From: Amoebophrya sp. A120
Lineage: Eukaryota > Protista > Dinoflagellata
Assembly (NCBI GenBank): GCA_905178155.1
Contig: CAJINV010000001.1
Span: 10,534,311-10,598,310, forward strand
DNA: 64,000 bases
Reading direction: 5' to 3'
Positions within the stretch are counted from its first letter, which is position 1; each line of letters opens with the position of its first letter. Shown here one piece after another: positions 48,400-61,467 of the stretch. The position numbers were made by a program, and so were the translations under genes. Under the pieces are notes generated by a model. The model did not search any database. It saw only the letters and a list, made by a program, of their open reading frames with translations, and was not told the origin of the DNA.

Positions 48400-51300
48400 A
48401 TGGGTGGTTGTTGTGCCAGCTCCATGGAGGGAGGAGGCGGCAGCCCTTTGAAGTCGTTTCTCGATTTTGTCCCGGACAGCGCCAAGGTCAAAACGGTGCA
48501 GGCCCGTGTAGGGGACCACGGCGTGGATTGCATCATCTTCACCTTTCTCGATGGCTCTAAGAAAGTGTTCGGGAACGACCCCGGCGAGAAAGCCGCGACC
48601 AACCGGGCCTCTCGGCGGGGTAGCGTAGTTTCCAGCGGCATTGCTCGCGACAGCGCGCAGAGCGCCCGAAGTGAGCTGACCGACGACGAGGACGAACCGT
48701 ACGGTATTGCCAACCCGGGTGCCCAGATGTCCGAGGTAGTGACGCTGAAGCCGGAGGATGGGGAATACATTGTGTCGGTCTTCCAGAAGACGCACTCTGT
48801 GCGCTGGCGCTTGCGCAAGCCCGCAGACGACGAGTCCGGGTTTCGGAATTCGCCCGTGCTGGAGTGGGTGGCCTTCCGCACCAACGTGGGAACTCTCGTG
48901 TCCTTCGGCCACGAAAACCGCGGCGGGCAGGCGGAGCAAGTCCGGTTCTGGAACCTGCCGCTCGGCCACGCGTTGACCGGACTGCAGCTCGAAAAAGCGG
49001 CCGATATCACCCAGGACATGGAGAACGACGACTTCACCAATCCCGACAACGCCGAAACCAACTGCGCGCCGATCAAGGAGCTGCAATGCGCAGACGTTGC
49101 GGCTGCAGTGACCACCTACGCGGGTTCGACCGCTCTCGCGAAGCAGCTGAAAAACTCGCCGCGCTGCTTGCAGGTGGCCACGATTCGCGGGCGCTCCGGT
49201 GCCTACATTGATTGTGTCGAGTTCGAGCTCACGGACGGCACGCTGTGCACGGCCGGGAATCCGAACGGCGGCGACGCAAGGGGCGATTGGCCATTGTTTC
49301 CTGGTTCTTTGACGACTTTTTGCCGCGTGCTGGTTTATCACCCAATGTAAGCCGTCTGCCCAGACCACGCCGCGCCCTTCCCAGAACACGCCGCGCCCTG
49401 CCCAGACCGCGCCGCAATGCCTAGACAACGCCGCGCTATGCCCAATCACTACACGCGCCCCGCCGACATTGCGTGCCTTGCCTCTGAACCTTGCGATGGT
49501 CATGTGCACATAACGACGTGGAAAATTTTCGTGCGCGCTAGCAGTTACAAGGTCTTTCTTGCGACGTGAGTTTCTAGGTATGAGTGTGAGTGTGTATCTG
49601 TCCCTCGGTTGACTCAGTTGTATGTGTCTAATTTTTGCTTGTTGCGTAGACGTATTCTAGGAAATGGGACGCGGACGTGCGACAGAACGCGAAATCAAGT
49701 GAACTCTGTTAGCCACGAGTCTGCAAAACTTGCTATATTCGAACACATAAGCCTAACATTATCCAAAAAATACATTCGCCCAGGTGAAATGGTGACTTTC
49801 GTCTCGCAACTCGTTCTCGGGGACATTGGCAATCGCGATGGCATGGACACGACGCTTTTTGCTGTGTGCCTCCGTACGAACCTTGGCCGTGCCGCGCACT
49901 TTGGCCGGTGGGATTGCACAGCTGGGAAGTGGTGCGACACGGGGCGGTACCGCGGAGACCTGCCCGGCAACAAGCTCCTGTCCCCCGATGGCAAAGCCTG
50001 TGTCGGGGTGCAGCTGAAGTGGGGCAGCGGCTTTTGTCCGCCGGTCGTGGGCCTGGAACTGCGGGACATCACCTCCGGAAAAACCGCTCCGGCCGAGATC
50101 TCCGAAGACGACATGATTCGGTGCAGGCACTGCGAGGACGCGTACGAAACCCTGGAGGTGAACCAGATCGAATTCCCGGAGGACTCCCCTTACGGCGGGA
50201 CGGTGCAGTGGATCTGCAAGAAGTGCGACAACTGGTGCGCGTGTGACGAAAACACCATGGAGGAGCGCACCGAGAGGATTTTGTACTGCAAAAATTGCAA
50301 CTACTGCAAGCACGCGCCGGGGTACGGCTGCGCCTTCCAACTCGGAGACGCCGCCGCAAATTTGGTCGACAAGACGGAGGCGCGCAAAAGTCAGCAACTG
50401 CCCCCGGCGAAGAAACCCGACGGAACGCCGGACTACGAGGCCATGGCCGCGAGATTCAACCAAATGGTCGGGGCGTTTCGCACCAGTACCGTGTCGGACG
50501 AGTCCACGCGCAGCAGCGAAAAAATCCCCACGGGTGCCGGAATCGACAACTGGCAGTATCTGCCGCTGGAGCAGAGGCGATTCGCCGAGAATTTTACCAT
50601 TACGAGTTGTGCTCTGCAAGGGACTCTCGGCAGCGCGATGGATCCGATGGCCGACTCGAATCCACTGCTTCACGGGGTCACCCACCGCGACCTGATCCGG
50701 TACCTCGTGATGCTGGAGGACCTCCAGGACGTTTATGCAGTAGGAGACGCGGTGCGCCAATGCCGTCCCCCGGCCGAGGGCCGCCTGGCAGACAACGACA
50801 CCGAGTTGGGGAACAGGGTCTTGGAACTCTTTCTGATGAACGGCGACCCGGTCTTCCTTCCCGCAAACGGAACAAGTGCGGGCACGAAGAAGCTGTCGGC
50901 GGATGCGACCGCGAAGCTGCAGGAGCAGTTGTCTGCGGAGTACAAGGGCCGCCCCGAGGGCACCAAAGACTGGGACAACGCGATCATGCTGCACGACATC
51001 GGCATCACGATCGCGGACACCCCGCTCCCCGGCGCTGGCTTAATGTCCGCGGGAAAAGAGGTGTCCAGCACCAACACGACGGCCTTGTCGTGCTCCGGAA
51101 AGCTGCCAAGCGGCACGGTCGACGATGCGAAGATGATCACACTCGGCCGGCCCTACTTCAATTCGGCCTCTTTAGACAAGCAAATTGCTGCTGCGCCGAA
51201 GAACCAGAAAGGTGCAGTTGCAGATCTTGGGCCGGAGAACGCCTTGCGGAACCTGGTGCCCCACTGGATGGCGTTCAACGAGTTCACCATCCGTGACTTG

Positions 51301-53768
51301 AAGATGACTGGGGCTGTCCCGCAGGCCATGTGGAGCTACCACCCCGACTTGTTCGATTTAACGACGGAGTACGTCTTTGTGGGCGAGAACGGCGACGTTC
51401 TGGAGGACAGCCAGCTGCTCTCCGACCTGAATTGGGAAATTGCCGGGCTGTTTTTGAAACGCAACGTTGATGACGACGAAGAGGATGGAGAGGGAAACAC
51501 GTACGCCTCGGTTCCCTCGGGACGCAGGTCCCGGATGTCGCAGCGAATGCGGATCACCGAGAGCGAACTACCGGAGGACGAGGTCGGGGAAATTCTCGAG
51601 AATCAGAACCACCCGCTGCACAAGCACTTCAGGAAACTACAACGTTACTTGCACGACAAATTCGATATGGGATTGTCCCGGAACGATGAGGAAATACTGG
51701 CACGTATCGCCCGCTGCTTCTACGGCACCAGGCCGCTTCAGCCGGACGCGTCGTGGAACCAGTTCGTGCTGGAGCCCCGCAAGCGCTACATCGAGGAAAT
51801 GGACGAGCGGCGCGCGGGCGGTTATTTCAGTGAAAAATGCCCCCACCCCCAAAGTTGCAAAAATTTGTGATGCGAAATTTCCAAATGAAAACTTTTTGTA
51901 ATGCATGAAAGGAGTATGAATCTTTCTGATGTAGAGTCTAGGCGTGTATCGCATCGCTTGCATGAAAAGCGCTGCTCTTGCTGGGGTCTGTAAATTTTTG
52001 CTATTCACGATTGGACGCCTGTGATGCTGATAGATGCAAGAGGGCGACTGTTTCATTTGGAAAGGTTTGCATATACAAATGCTCCCAAGTTCGGGGGTGG
52101 GGGCATTTTTCATTGTAATAGCGGTATGGGTTGGTTTATGAGCCGCCCCGGCAAGCCGATGGATCCTGGTCGCATCGGTAACGGCAGCATCGTCCAATTT
52201 TTCGACCTGGGCAAGGATGACAGTGCGAAGCTGCAGAAGCTCGTCGTGTGGCACAGCAGCACCACCGTGCTCGGACTGCAGACGTTTTGGAAGGGTGCTG
52301 CCGAAATTGCCTACCCGCCCCGCTGCCCGCTGGCCCGTATTTTCAGCTGGGCCGGAAGCTGGCAGTCCTCGAATTTCGGTTGTGTGGTGGTGCAGCACGA
52401 CCTGCACTTCAAAGTCGGCGACACGTCTCGGGGAAGCGCGTACCAAATCCAGGCCCCGTTGGCGGGCGGAAACGGAAACCTCGAAGACAATGCGCACATG
52501 TCCCCCGCCGCCGCCGCGTTTCCGAGCGGCAGCGGCGCCGACGGTTTCACTTTGTTGGACGGGGATAGTGGGGACAAAAAGGTGGCGGACATTCTGAAAC
52601 AGCAGCTGTTCTTCGACAAAGGGTCATCTTCGAACAATCCCCCCTACTACGAGTGCCGCGCCGGCGACGGCCTGGTCACGCGGACGATCGTGGACTCGAT
52701 TGAGATCGGGAAGAACCTATCGCAAGAAAAAACTGTTTCACTGTGAACTTGTGATGCATAGAATGGAGCACAGAATGATTTGTCTTGCTACATCTGCAAC
52801 ACATTGCATTTTTGCGTGTGTTTCCCATTGGAAAGCGCGCATTGCAAATTTTTCGTTTCATGTGTCGCAAACTTGTGATGCAGATCTTGCAAAATCATCA
52901 CAGTGAAACAGTTTTTTCTCACGATAGAACCTGTACGGCGTCTACTGCACGGTGAGGTGGAACGTGCTGGAGCCCCGCGCCGCGGACAGCTTCGGCGCCA
53001 CGCCCGACTACAGCGGGATTCCCGTCGTCGGCACGCAGGAGTGGACCAAACTGGACGTGCCCGGGTTCGAGGAGGACCCGTTGACCGCCGGGGACGACGT
53101 GAACATGCTGAAGCGCATGAAGGACGAGGTGAAGATGTCCGTCCTCACGTTGGACAGCAACGAAACGGTTGCCCAAATCCGCGCGTACATTCCGAATGGC
53201 GGCGACCAGGAGCTCGTGGACGACCGGAACACGCCCCACATCGCCGGGCTGCGCGTCGTCACCTCCGACAACAAGGTGCTACTGGCGGGACTGACCAATC
53301 TGTTTTTCTCGAAGGACCGCCATGCGGAGTTTGTCGGCTTATCAAATGCAAAAATGTCTGGGTCTGGAAGAATGCATGTTTGTCATGCTTGTCTGGCATG
53401 ACTCATTAATCTGTCATGCAAGTTACCCAAGAGCCCCATTTTTCTGTGATGCAGAAACAAACGCAGTTTGTCATGTAGAATCAATAGGCAACACCTAGAA
53501 GCTCAGAAAATTGTCATGCTGAGCCAGCACTTGTGGCCTCATCATGAGACGCCACCCAGCATCACAAGTTTCCAGACCCAGACACTTTTACATTTGATAC
53601 GGCTACTACGACTTCAACTTCGAAACCGACGGCGGCTCCGCGTTCGGCGGCCTCACGGGAGGCTACGGGGATGGGAAATTGCTCTGGATTAACGCTCTGA
53701 ATGGCGATCAGGCCGGCCCGCTCAAAGGCATGCTTGACGCTGAAAAACAAGAACGCATGTGGGCGTAA
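48400..53768 (+). CDS. N-acylated protein with jacalin-like (beta-prism) repeats and a Cys-rich segment (~1368 aa)
   Basis: Start MGGCCASS; jacalin-like IRGRSGAYIDCVEFELTDG, LKPEDGEYIVSV and LEWVAFRTNVG. Exons 48400-49303, 49784-51822, 52126-52717, 52932-53339 and 53605-53768 join in frame. Confidence 0.65.
49357..49445. repeat. ~21-bp minisatellite (TGCCCAGACCACGCCGCGCCC, about 4 units) inside an intron
   Basis: Units start at 49357, 49378, 49399 and 49418. Confidence 0.75.
51823..52120. mobile_element. Introner family B, TSD GCGGT
   Basis: Near-identical to 14655-14960; GCGGT at 51818-51822 and 52121-52125; removal restores AGG-MGWF. Confidence 0.93.
52718..52926. mobile_element. Introner family E, inverted relative to 39691; TSD GAACC
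   Basis: GAACC at 52713-52717 and 52927-52931; removal restores GKN-LYGVY. Confidence 0.92.
53340..53599. mobile_element. Introner family A, TSD CGGCT
   Basis: CGGCT at 53335-53339 and 53600-53604; removal restores FVG-YYDFN. Confidence 0.92.
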
Positions 53769-55388
53769 GAAATAAAGACGGTATGCTATTGGGCGGCCAT
53801 CTGATGATTGGGCGGCCATCTGATGAAATTCAAACATTGTAGAAGTTTCTGCAGGTTTCGTTTCTCTAGCCACCTGAAGGAAGTCGCGAATGTCAAGTTT
53901 TACGATTTTTTTCACATGCGGTAACTCTAAATTTCACTTTCATCGTATGCTCTTCACCCGCGTTCCTGATTTCCTAACAACCAGCACCACTGGTTGTTTC
54001 ATTGTCAATTTTGTAACCTTCTACTGTGACACGTGGCGTTCTTGACGACAGCGTCAAGGTAGGTAGTAGCAACAAAAGAAAAAAATCTTTCCGGAGCAGG
54101 ATGACGTTTGTCTTGAAAAGGGACTTCTTCGTGGACTCTTTTGCATACAAAACAAGGTCAAGCTATCGCAATCGACTCCTCTCATTACCCGCATGACTGC
54201 TCACCACGCTTTATTTTGGAACAAGAGCAGCGCACTTTCGTTAGTCTCCTACCGCGATCTTAATGCAGAAGCTGTTTATGCAAATAAAACTTGTACTTCA
54301 ACAACGCCAAAAATCGCACGTGAAGATTTTACGACTTTATCGCTGCGCCGCCGTAAATACAGAAAGGGGAAAAATAGATCGCGTTGAGATCCGCCAAGGA
54401 GATAAGTGACAGCGTAGAGGAGTAACAAAGAAAGTTCGTAGTGCGCAACACCGCAATACGACGAGAAAACATCGATCCTTTCGAGTGAGCATGCTGCTTT
54501 TCATCGATTTTACTGCAAAACTTCCTGCTTTAGTAACTTTTCGGATATAAAAATCAATGGTTTTAGGTCGTAAACTATCGTCGCGAAAAAAGTAAGTCTT
54601 ACATCTTGTAGAAGTCAGCTTTAGCCAGTTTATCCGCTTTATCTTTCAGTTAGTCTCAGGCAAAGGTCTCACATTTTCTTCATTCACTTTGCTGCAGGAG
54701 CTCTACCACTGGACGTTTTGTGCTCTCCGCCTCGGCGTTGAGAAGCCTCTTTGGACAATCAAAGAATTTTCTGTATCTGTATCTGTAGCTGGTGACATGA
54801 AGATCATATCGGGCGTCGGCGTCATGCCACTCATCTGCCAAGTGCTGTTGCTGGCCCGGTCGCGAAGATTCCAAACTTTCGCATGAAGTCATTTGTTTCC
54901 CATATTCGTCAAACTGCAGGCTCGGGTCGAACTTGATGTCCTCTTCACTGGTGGATTACTATAGAAATCGGTACTGCTCTCTCCGCGTTTCAATCCAAGA
55001 AATCGGTTGTACCTTCTGCATTTTATTCAAGTCGGTGAATTGCCGCTGACGAGTACTCGGCTCGGTCTTCGAAAGACGCTGCTGGGGTTCGTTCTTTGCA
55101 ATACCATTCTGCTGCATGTAGCAGCTCCAAAAACAAAAATAAACGTGGGTGTGGGAGGACAATATATATTTTTCAACGTTTTCCAGCCCTCGCGGCACCG
55201 CTTGGGCGAAGCCGCCCGCGTACGGTGACGCTTTCTCCCTCTTTTTCACGACAACCACAAGTGTTTCGGCTTCAACTTTCCATCAGAAGGCGTACAGCTT
55301 TTCTTTTTGCTAAACTAAAACTGCAAGCCTCGGCGTATTAAGCATCCATAGTTGTACACAAAAGCTCTTGCTAAGCTTTACCTACAAA

Positions 55389-57438
55389 ATGGCGCTGCCA
55401 CAACAAATTGAAATGACGGAGGTCCTCGGGGCGACCAAGGTCAGCCCCCTAGAGGAGGTGGTGGTGGAAGGCAACCATATGATGATTGCGCCCATACAGG
55501 AAAACATGGGGATGCCGAAGGATGTCTTCGGCAAAGGACCCGTGACAATCAGACAAAAGGTAGAGAATACTGGGATAGGAGTTTGGGTTTGAATTTTACT
55601 ACGATCACGATGAGCAGAGACATCGCTTCGGGCGTGCTTTTCGGACGCACACTCTTGCTGGGTCCAATACATAATTGACAATAAGAATATGTAAAGGTAA
55701 ACACGTACACTATCTCTATCACTACTTCAGCAAATCTATACCTCAAACATATCAGGTGACGAAGCGCAATAAATTGCATCGAGTTGGTCTCTATCCACAG
55801 TAAATTTCCTGTACATGTACAAATGCGAATTCTGCATGACAAAGCTTTCTTATAATTCTGCTCAGCATGACAAGCGGCATGCTCCAAGTTGGTGAAATTT
55901 GTGATGCATTTTGTACATGTGCAGGAAATTTGTATTGCATAGTCTCGAAGTGCGATTTGAACAACCGATACAACGTGACCACTGTATCAAATGCAAATAT
56001 GTCTGGGTCTGGAAGAATGCTGGAATTTGTCATGCAGAGTTTGCATGACCCATAAGGTCTGTGATGCATGCCCTAGCATCAGAGATTCTGCGATGGCTTT
56101 CTGATGCTCATACCGCATGAGAAATGCCCTCTCCGCGTAGCAAAAATTGGGACTCTTTTGCTGTTCATGCAATACAGATTTTATGTAGAATGAATCCAAA
56201 GGTAGCATTACAAGCTGCTTCCTTCCAGACCCAGATATTTTTACAGTTGATACACTGCGGAGGGCAACCACTACTACTTCCAGGAGGACACGTATCGCAA
56301 GAAAAAAGTGTTACAGTTACACATTGTGTTGCAGGCCAAGCAAGACAGACCAGCTCTGTCATGCCGGATATGCCTAGGAGCTTCGTTTCATAGGTGTTTT
56401 CCCTTAGTATTTCTGAATTGCAAGCTTTCTCTCTCATGCGCAGAAATTTGTGTTGGTGAATTGACAACAAATGTGTACTAACTGTAACACTTTTTTCGTG
56501 GGATAACACGCCGTGCATGATGCGTCAATGCTGCGGCGAGGCCCGGTCCTTCACCGTTGATTTGCACAACAGCAACGATTCCAACTCCGGGCCAAAGCTG
56601 TACTCCGGCGAGAAACAGAACGTTACCTTCCACAAATGCATCCCCCTCGCCTGCCTCCCCATGTGTCGCCCAGAAATGATCGTATATGATAGATTGCTGA
56701 TGTTGTCTAGTACTAGAACTAGTACGACACTGATTTCAACTAGTTTTTTCGGCTTGTTGGGGCAGCGCCAGCGTAGTTATTCTTGAATGAAGTTCTGGAA
56801 GATTCAAACACATAAAAACTCAGGTGTTCAACAAAGTGACGGGCAAGAAAGTCGGGTCGATCCGGGACCCTTTTATGTGTTGCAATGTCACCGAGACCAT
56901 CAAGGATGCTGATGGGAAGGTCTTGTACTACATGGAGGGGCAGTGCTATGCAAGCAAAAAACTGTGTTTAGTGTAACTTTCTTTGGCCGGCAGCATCACA
57001 AATTTTCTCTACATGACAGAGAAAACCTGTCAAGCGTGGCTGGTAAGGCAAAACACACACGGAAAGAGGACTTCATGGCTGTCTGGCATGACAGGTGTAA
57101 CTCTCTTGCATGTTCTGCATTTACAAAGTTACACTTACGCAGTTTTTTTCTTGCATAAGTGCCTACAGCTCGGGTTTTACCTGCCCTGCTGCTTCGACAT
57201 CGAGTTCCCCATCGAGTCGGACCAGACGAAGGGGCGGGAAGGCAAGGGCATGTTTTACAAGCGGGCGGGTGGGTGCATGGAGTTCCTGTGCGGAGACCTG
57301 GCCTCCAAGTTCGAAGTGGAGTTCCCCCCCGATGCGGACACAGACGACAAGAAGGCGCTGCTGGTCATGAGCTCCATGATGATCGATATGATCTACTTCG
57401 AAAAACAGGACCGGTGCAAGCCGAAGAGGAACAAGTAA
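55389..57438 (+). CDS. Phospholipid scramblase (PLSCR family)
   Basis: After removing 4 introners and 2 introns: CDLNNRYNV...EDTPCMMRQCCGEARSFTV...FEVEFPPDADTDDKKALLVMSSMMIDMIYFE, the PLSCR signature. Confidence 0.88.
55792..55941. mobile_element. Introner family G (TIR TAT......AAATTTCCTGYACATGTACAAA), TSD GTCTC
   Basis: 150 nt; GTCTC at 55787-55791 and 55942-55946; removal restores ELVS-KCDL. Confidence 0.9.
55985..56252. mobile_element. Introner family A, TSD CACTG
   Basis: CACTG at 55980-55984 and 56253-56257; removal restores VTT-AEGNH. Confidence 0.92.
56293..56505. mobile_element. Introner family D, TSD ACACG
   Basis: ACACG at 56288-56292 and 56506-56510; removal restores QEDT-PCMMRQCC. 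Confidence 0.93.
56947..57157. mobile_element. Introner family H (TIR TATGCAAG.AAAAAACTG...AGTGTAACTTT), TSD AGTGC
   Basis: AGTGC at 56942-56946 and 57158-57162; removal restores EGQC-LQLGF. Confidence 0.92.
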
Positions 57439-58024
57439 AAGAACCAGGTCGGCATTTTCGATCAGATGAATGAAGGTTTTTTTCTGCTGAGGCGTAGCAC
57501 CAGTGTGTGTTGATCAGCTACTAAGTATTCTCTCCTACATCGATATGTTGCACGAATGCTTATGCTGCAAATCGTCGGATATGGTTGAGTAATTACCACC
57601 TTCTCGATGATTTCAAGTGTATTTAGTAATCAAGTAGTAGTTTCAACTCTGTTTCGCTTCGCACTTTCTGCTAAGATGCGAGCTCCAGTAATCCTTGCTT
57701 GATATGCATCACGGTATGCGTAGTGTCACTCTCAACCCGAACCGTATGTCTATGTGTACGATGAACGTCTCCCGTTGACATTGTTGTTGACCAAGAAAAA
57801 AGAAGAACGCTCATGGAAACGATAGTAAAAAAATGCAATCATTGCATTGGGGCAACTAATCTGTTGCGCAAGCCGTAACCAGTACGCTATCCTTGACAGC
57901 TCGTCGTGTTCGACGAAAATAATTAGTTCGCTGGAGCTGGAAAAGAACTACTCCATATGTTTTGTTTTCTCCCATATGTCCAGACACAAAGCCGTGCGTA
58001 TAGCGCACCCGCACCCTCCTAAAA

Positions 58025-61000
58025 ATGGTGGCCCGTTCGCTCCATCCCTTTGCAGCCGCCAGCGTTTTTTGTGCCCGCGGGCCACTGATTTCTCTGCTTT
58101 TACTCGGTGTTGCAACCGCAACCTCGTCTGTTGCAACGACGGCCGTCGTCGAGGAGACCCAGAATCTTGCAGCACAGCAATGGGAGGTGCACACGCAGAC
58201 TTGGAATTTGCACCGCAAGCTTCCGAATCCCCAGCGGTACATGGTTACAATGTACCGCGACGAGTATGGCAAGCACCTACAGTACACGCATTTGCAGGGC
58301 AACGAACGAGACCTGAGCTGGATCAAAGTGTGTCGAAACGCCACCACTGCGGGCCGGCGAGAAGTAGCCGGTGATGTTTCATCATCAACACGACCCGACG
58401 GCACGACGAGAACAGACGACTGCGACTGGTATACGGCCGGACAGGCGTACTGCACCTACGAAAATTCCTTTTTGCGACAAAACGAGCTGGAAGTCTATAG
58501 CGGTGTAGTTCATCAAGAGAGCAAACAAATACCCGCTTTGGCCTCGTCTGAGGAAGACAAAACGTCCGCGCCGAGTCACCAGCAGGTGAAAACGATCGCT
58601 GATGTGCAAAGCGTTGTGAAATCCGCGGAAAACTTCATCACGCCGACAGACTTCAACAACTGCGAAATCCCGCACCTGCACACGTACAACGCCAGCCGCT
58701 TCTACCAAAGAATCCACGAGCCGGACCGGTTCTACAGTCATTTGATGACGCAACGCAATAAGACCCTGCAGCGCTTCCTACCGGACAACCAAGGCCGCTT
58801 AGTCGAGAACCCGTTTTTCTACCCTCAGGCCTACCGCGAGGCCTTGGATTTTTCCCACTTTGGCGGCGGCTCGGATACGCTGATCAGGCAATTGTACTTC
58901 TGTCCAGGAGATGCTCCCCTCGCGATTTTACTGCTACCGAAAGCCGGGTCGAGTTCGGGACAGCGCTTTGTCTGGCGGTACGAAACGGACAGACTGAAGC
59001 AGGCCGTAAAAGAGGAATTTCACCTGAACACCCTCCGGGTTCTGGAGAACGACCGGTACAAGGAAGCCTACGGCGTCCGCTTGCAGGACTTGCAAGACGA
59101 ACAGGCAAAAAAAGCTGCTGCAAAAGATGCTCTTGTCCCTGACGAGGACGCTTCATCTACTAGTCAGAAGCTTTTCCTGGACACTGGCAAGATCCGGCAG
59201 CAGATGCGGGAAAACCCAACCTACAGCGGAAACGTAGATATGCGGTCGGAACAGCTGGAGAACGCGCCGGTCGCGACCCTGTCTCGTGCGGAGCTGGCGA
59301 AGCTGAAGCGGAAGAAGCTCGTCTCTCTCACCGGGTTACTTGTCGACAAAAAGTATCGGGCCAAGTTCAACCGTATCAAATGTAAAAATGTCTGGGTCTG
59401 GAAGACTGCGCGACTTGTCATGCAGCTTTTCCATGACCCATGAGGTCTGGAATGCAGGACCTAGCATGACAGATTCTGCGCGATCTTTCTCATGCCTATC
59501 CTGCATGAGAAACTGCCTCCCGACTTGGTCAAAACTGGACGACTTTTGGTAATCATGCAACACAGATTTTTGCATGTTTCAGATTTAGCATGACAGGTTG
59601 CATTCTTCCAGACCCAGACACTTTTACATTCGATAAACCGCGAACATCGCCCGGCGCTCCAAGACCTGCGCGTATCCTGATGAAAAACGTCCCCACACCA
59701 GAGTCAAGATGGGGATTTTGCAACACAAACCTAGGAGTTTTGGGAGTCACGCATGACAAGTTTCAGTCCGTAAGGTAGTGCAAGTTAGCAAGGAAAGCCG
59801 CGTCACAAATCGATCTGCTGATCCTGTTTACAGCATTACAAGTTCCCAAACACGATTGAAAATACCTGTCATGGGGTTGCGCATCACAAATGTTCCTGTC
59901 ATGGCAAATCTGCATGACAACTCTGGTGTGGGGACGTTTTTACTCAGGATAGCGCGTGCTGGAGCCCTATCTGGTCTTCCGCAGCCCGCGGTGTCCGCTC
60001 TGCTGTCGCGACCAGAAGTGGCGCCGGAAAGTTATCATCGCACGCAATCCCTATGTGCGTTTCGTCAGCGGCTTCTTCTACCTGCTGCGGCAAGCGCTGC
60101 TGCGAACCGACACGGGACTACCCCGCTACTCCTACTGGTATCCTGCGGGCCTGTCCATGTTCTACGATGAAAGCGCCTACGAGTGTGACGACGATGAGGA
60201 CGAGGCTGGTGGTGCTTTTGCAACGCCAGCAGATGCGAAACCATTGGGAGATTCTGGGGAAGGAACTGGAAAAGGGATGGGAAAACTGGAATCGAAAGCT
60301 AAACAAAATGCCATCGCTCAAGTTTCATCGCAAAATAGGCTAACGCACAACTACGACCAGGATCCCGATTTGAAGTGTCCCTCGGCGTTTCGGAAGTACT
60401 TGCTGCGCACCATTCCAAACTTCTTCAGTCGCTTCTTGAAGATCGTGCTGTCTTGGCGTGTTGCTTACGGGAATAAGGGCTTCAAGTTGAATTTGGGTCG
60501 GTTCACCACCGACGAAGCGCACGACATTTTGCACGTACGCCCCGCGTCCGACATTTTGAGTGATCCATGGCTGACCAGCAAGTCGCTCGACCGCAGCGTG
60601 GCAGAAGAGTACTTCCCGACAGATGAACAAACGATAAAAAGAAAGCCAGCCCTACCGGTCGTCGCGGCGGATGAAGCCGAGCTAAAGGAGAAGATGAAAA
60701 GTAATCTTTTTGTCGTTCACCTAGAGCATAAGAGCGAAGACGAAACAAGGCTGCACAAGATACTGTGTGAGGAGGACAAAGCGCAAAAGTGGTGCATATC
60801 CTCGAATGACGAGAAGAAAAAGAAAACCGAAAAGTTCCTGCCGGCAGACGACGTGGCCTTGCAGAAGGCGCTAAGCCACGCGAAGGAGAATCGAGACACG
60901 TACGAGCGCTCCATGCAAACTTTCTCTCTGGAGTACATTGCGGGTTGTCGCTGGAGCAGTAGTCTGCGGAAGTTCCAGGCGCCGGCCTGTTCGGAGAGCA

Positions 61001-61167
61001 GTACCGAACTGCGTTGTGCCTGCAGTGCTCTCGAATGGAAGAAGCTCTGGACCGAAGAAAATCGAAACACGTTTTTGAAGCACTTCTCCTCGGATTTCGA
61101 AATTCTGCAATACGGGACAAACGTTGAAGATCTGCTCCCGCTAGATGATCACAGGAGCAGAGGATGA
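58025..61167 (+). CDS. Carbohydrate sulfotransferase (Sulfotransfer_2 family), probably Golgi or secretory (~863 aa)
   Basis: N-terminal hydrophobic segment; PAPS-binding motifs LLPKAGSSS and RNPYVRFVSGF; C-terminal DFEILQY. Exons 58025-59373, 59641-59672, 59957-61167. Confidence 0.78.
59374..59635. mobile_element. Introner family A, inverted relative to 35927; TSD AACCG
   Basis: AACCG at 59369-59373 and 59636-59640; removal restores KFNR-EHRP. Confidence 0.93.
59673..59951. mobile_element. Introner family I (TIR TATCCTGA..AAAAACGTCCCCACACCAGAGT), TSD GCGCG
   Basis: GCGCG at 59668-59672 and 59952-59956; removal restores QDLR-VLEPY. Confidence 0.92.
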
Positions 61168-61467
61168 AAAGAAAATGCTGGTGCTGCCAAGAATTCATTG
61201 CTGCAGAAAGAGAAAGATCAACATGTCTTCAAGTGCAAATGATTTTCTAGCCCATGATGCAAGACCAAGCACCAAAACAACACGTCCACCGCGAAGTTCA
61301 ACGCAACAACGAACAGGCATGGTAGCGCACCCTTAGAAAAGTAGCAGACCAGACTCGGCACTGGTTCGTCTCCTCGCATCTCACCGAGCACTACAAATCA
61401 CGACTCGTTTTAGGGGTACTGAATTGCTACACTAAATTCAGCCTCCCTCGACCGTAGGAAAAATATC

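Noticed and set aside
49759-50994. Long minus-strand ORFs (also 2741-3790, 32405-33466, 63011-63991)
   Set aside because: Antisense shadows of GC-rich + strand genes with no recognisable motifs.
53788-53825. 19-bp tandem duplication in a 3' UTR
   Set aside because: Simple slippage duplication with no further structure.
8893-57438. VPS13 and scramblase as a functional lipid-transfer cluster
   Set aside because: Known VPS13/ATG2 partners are XK and ATG9-type scramblases, not PLSCR. Four unrelated genes intervene, so linkage is probably chance.
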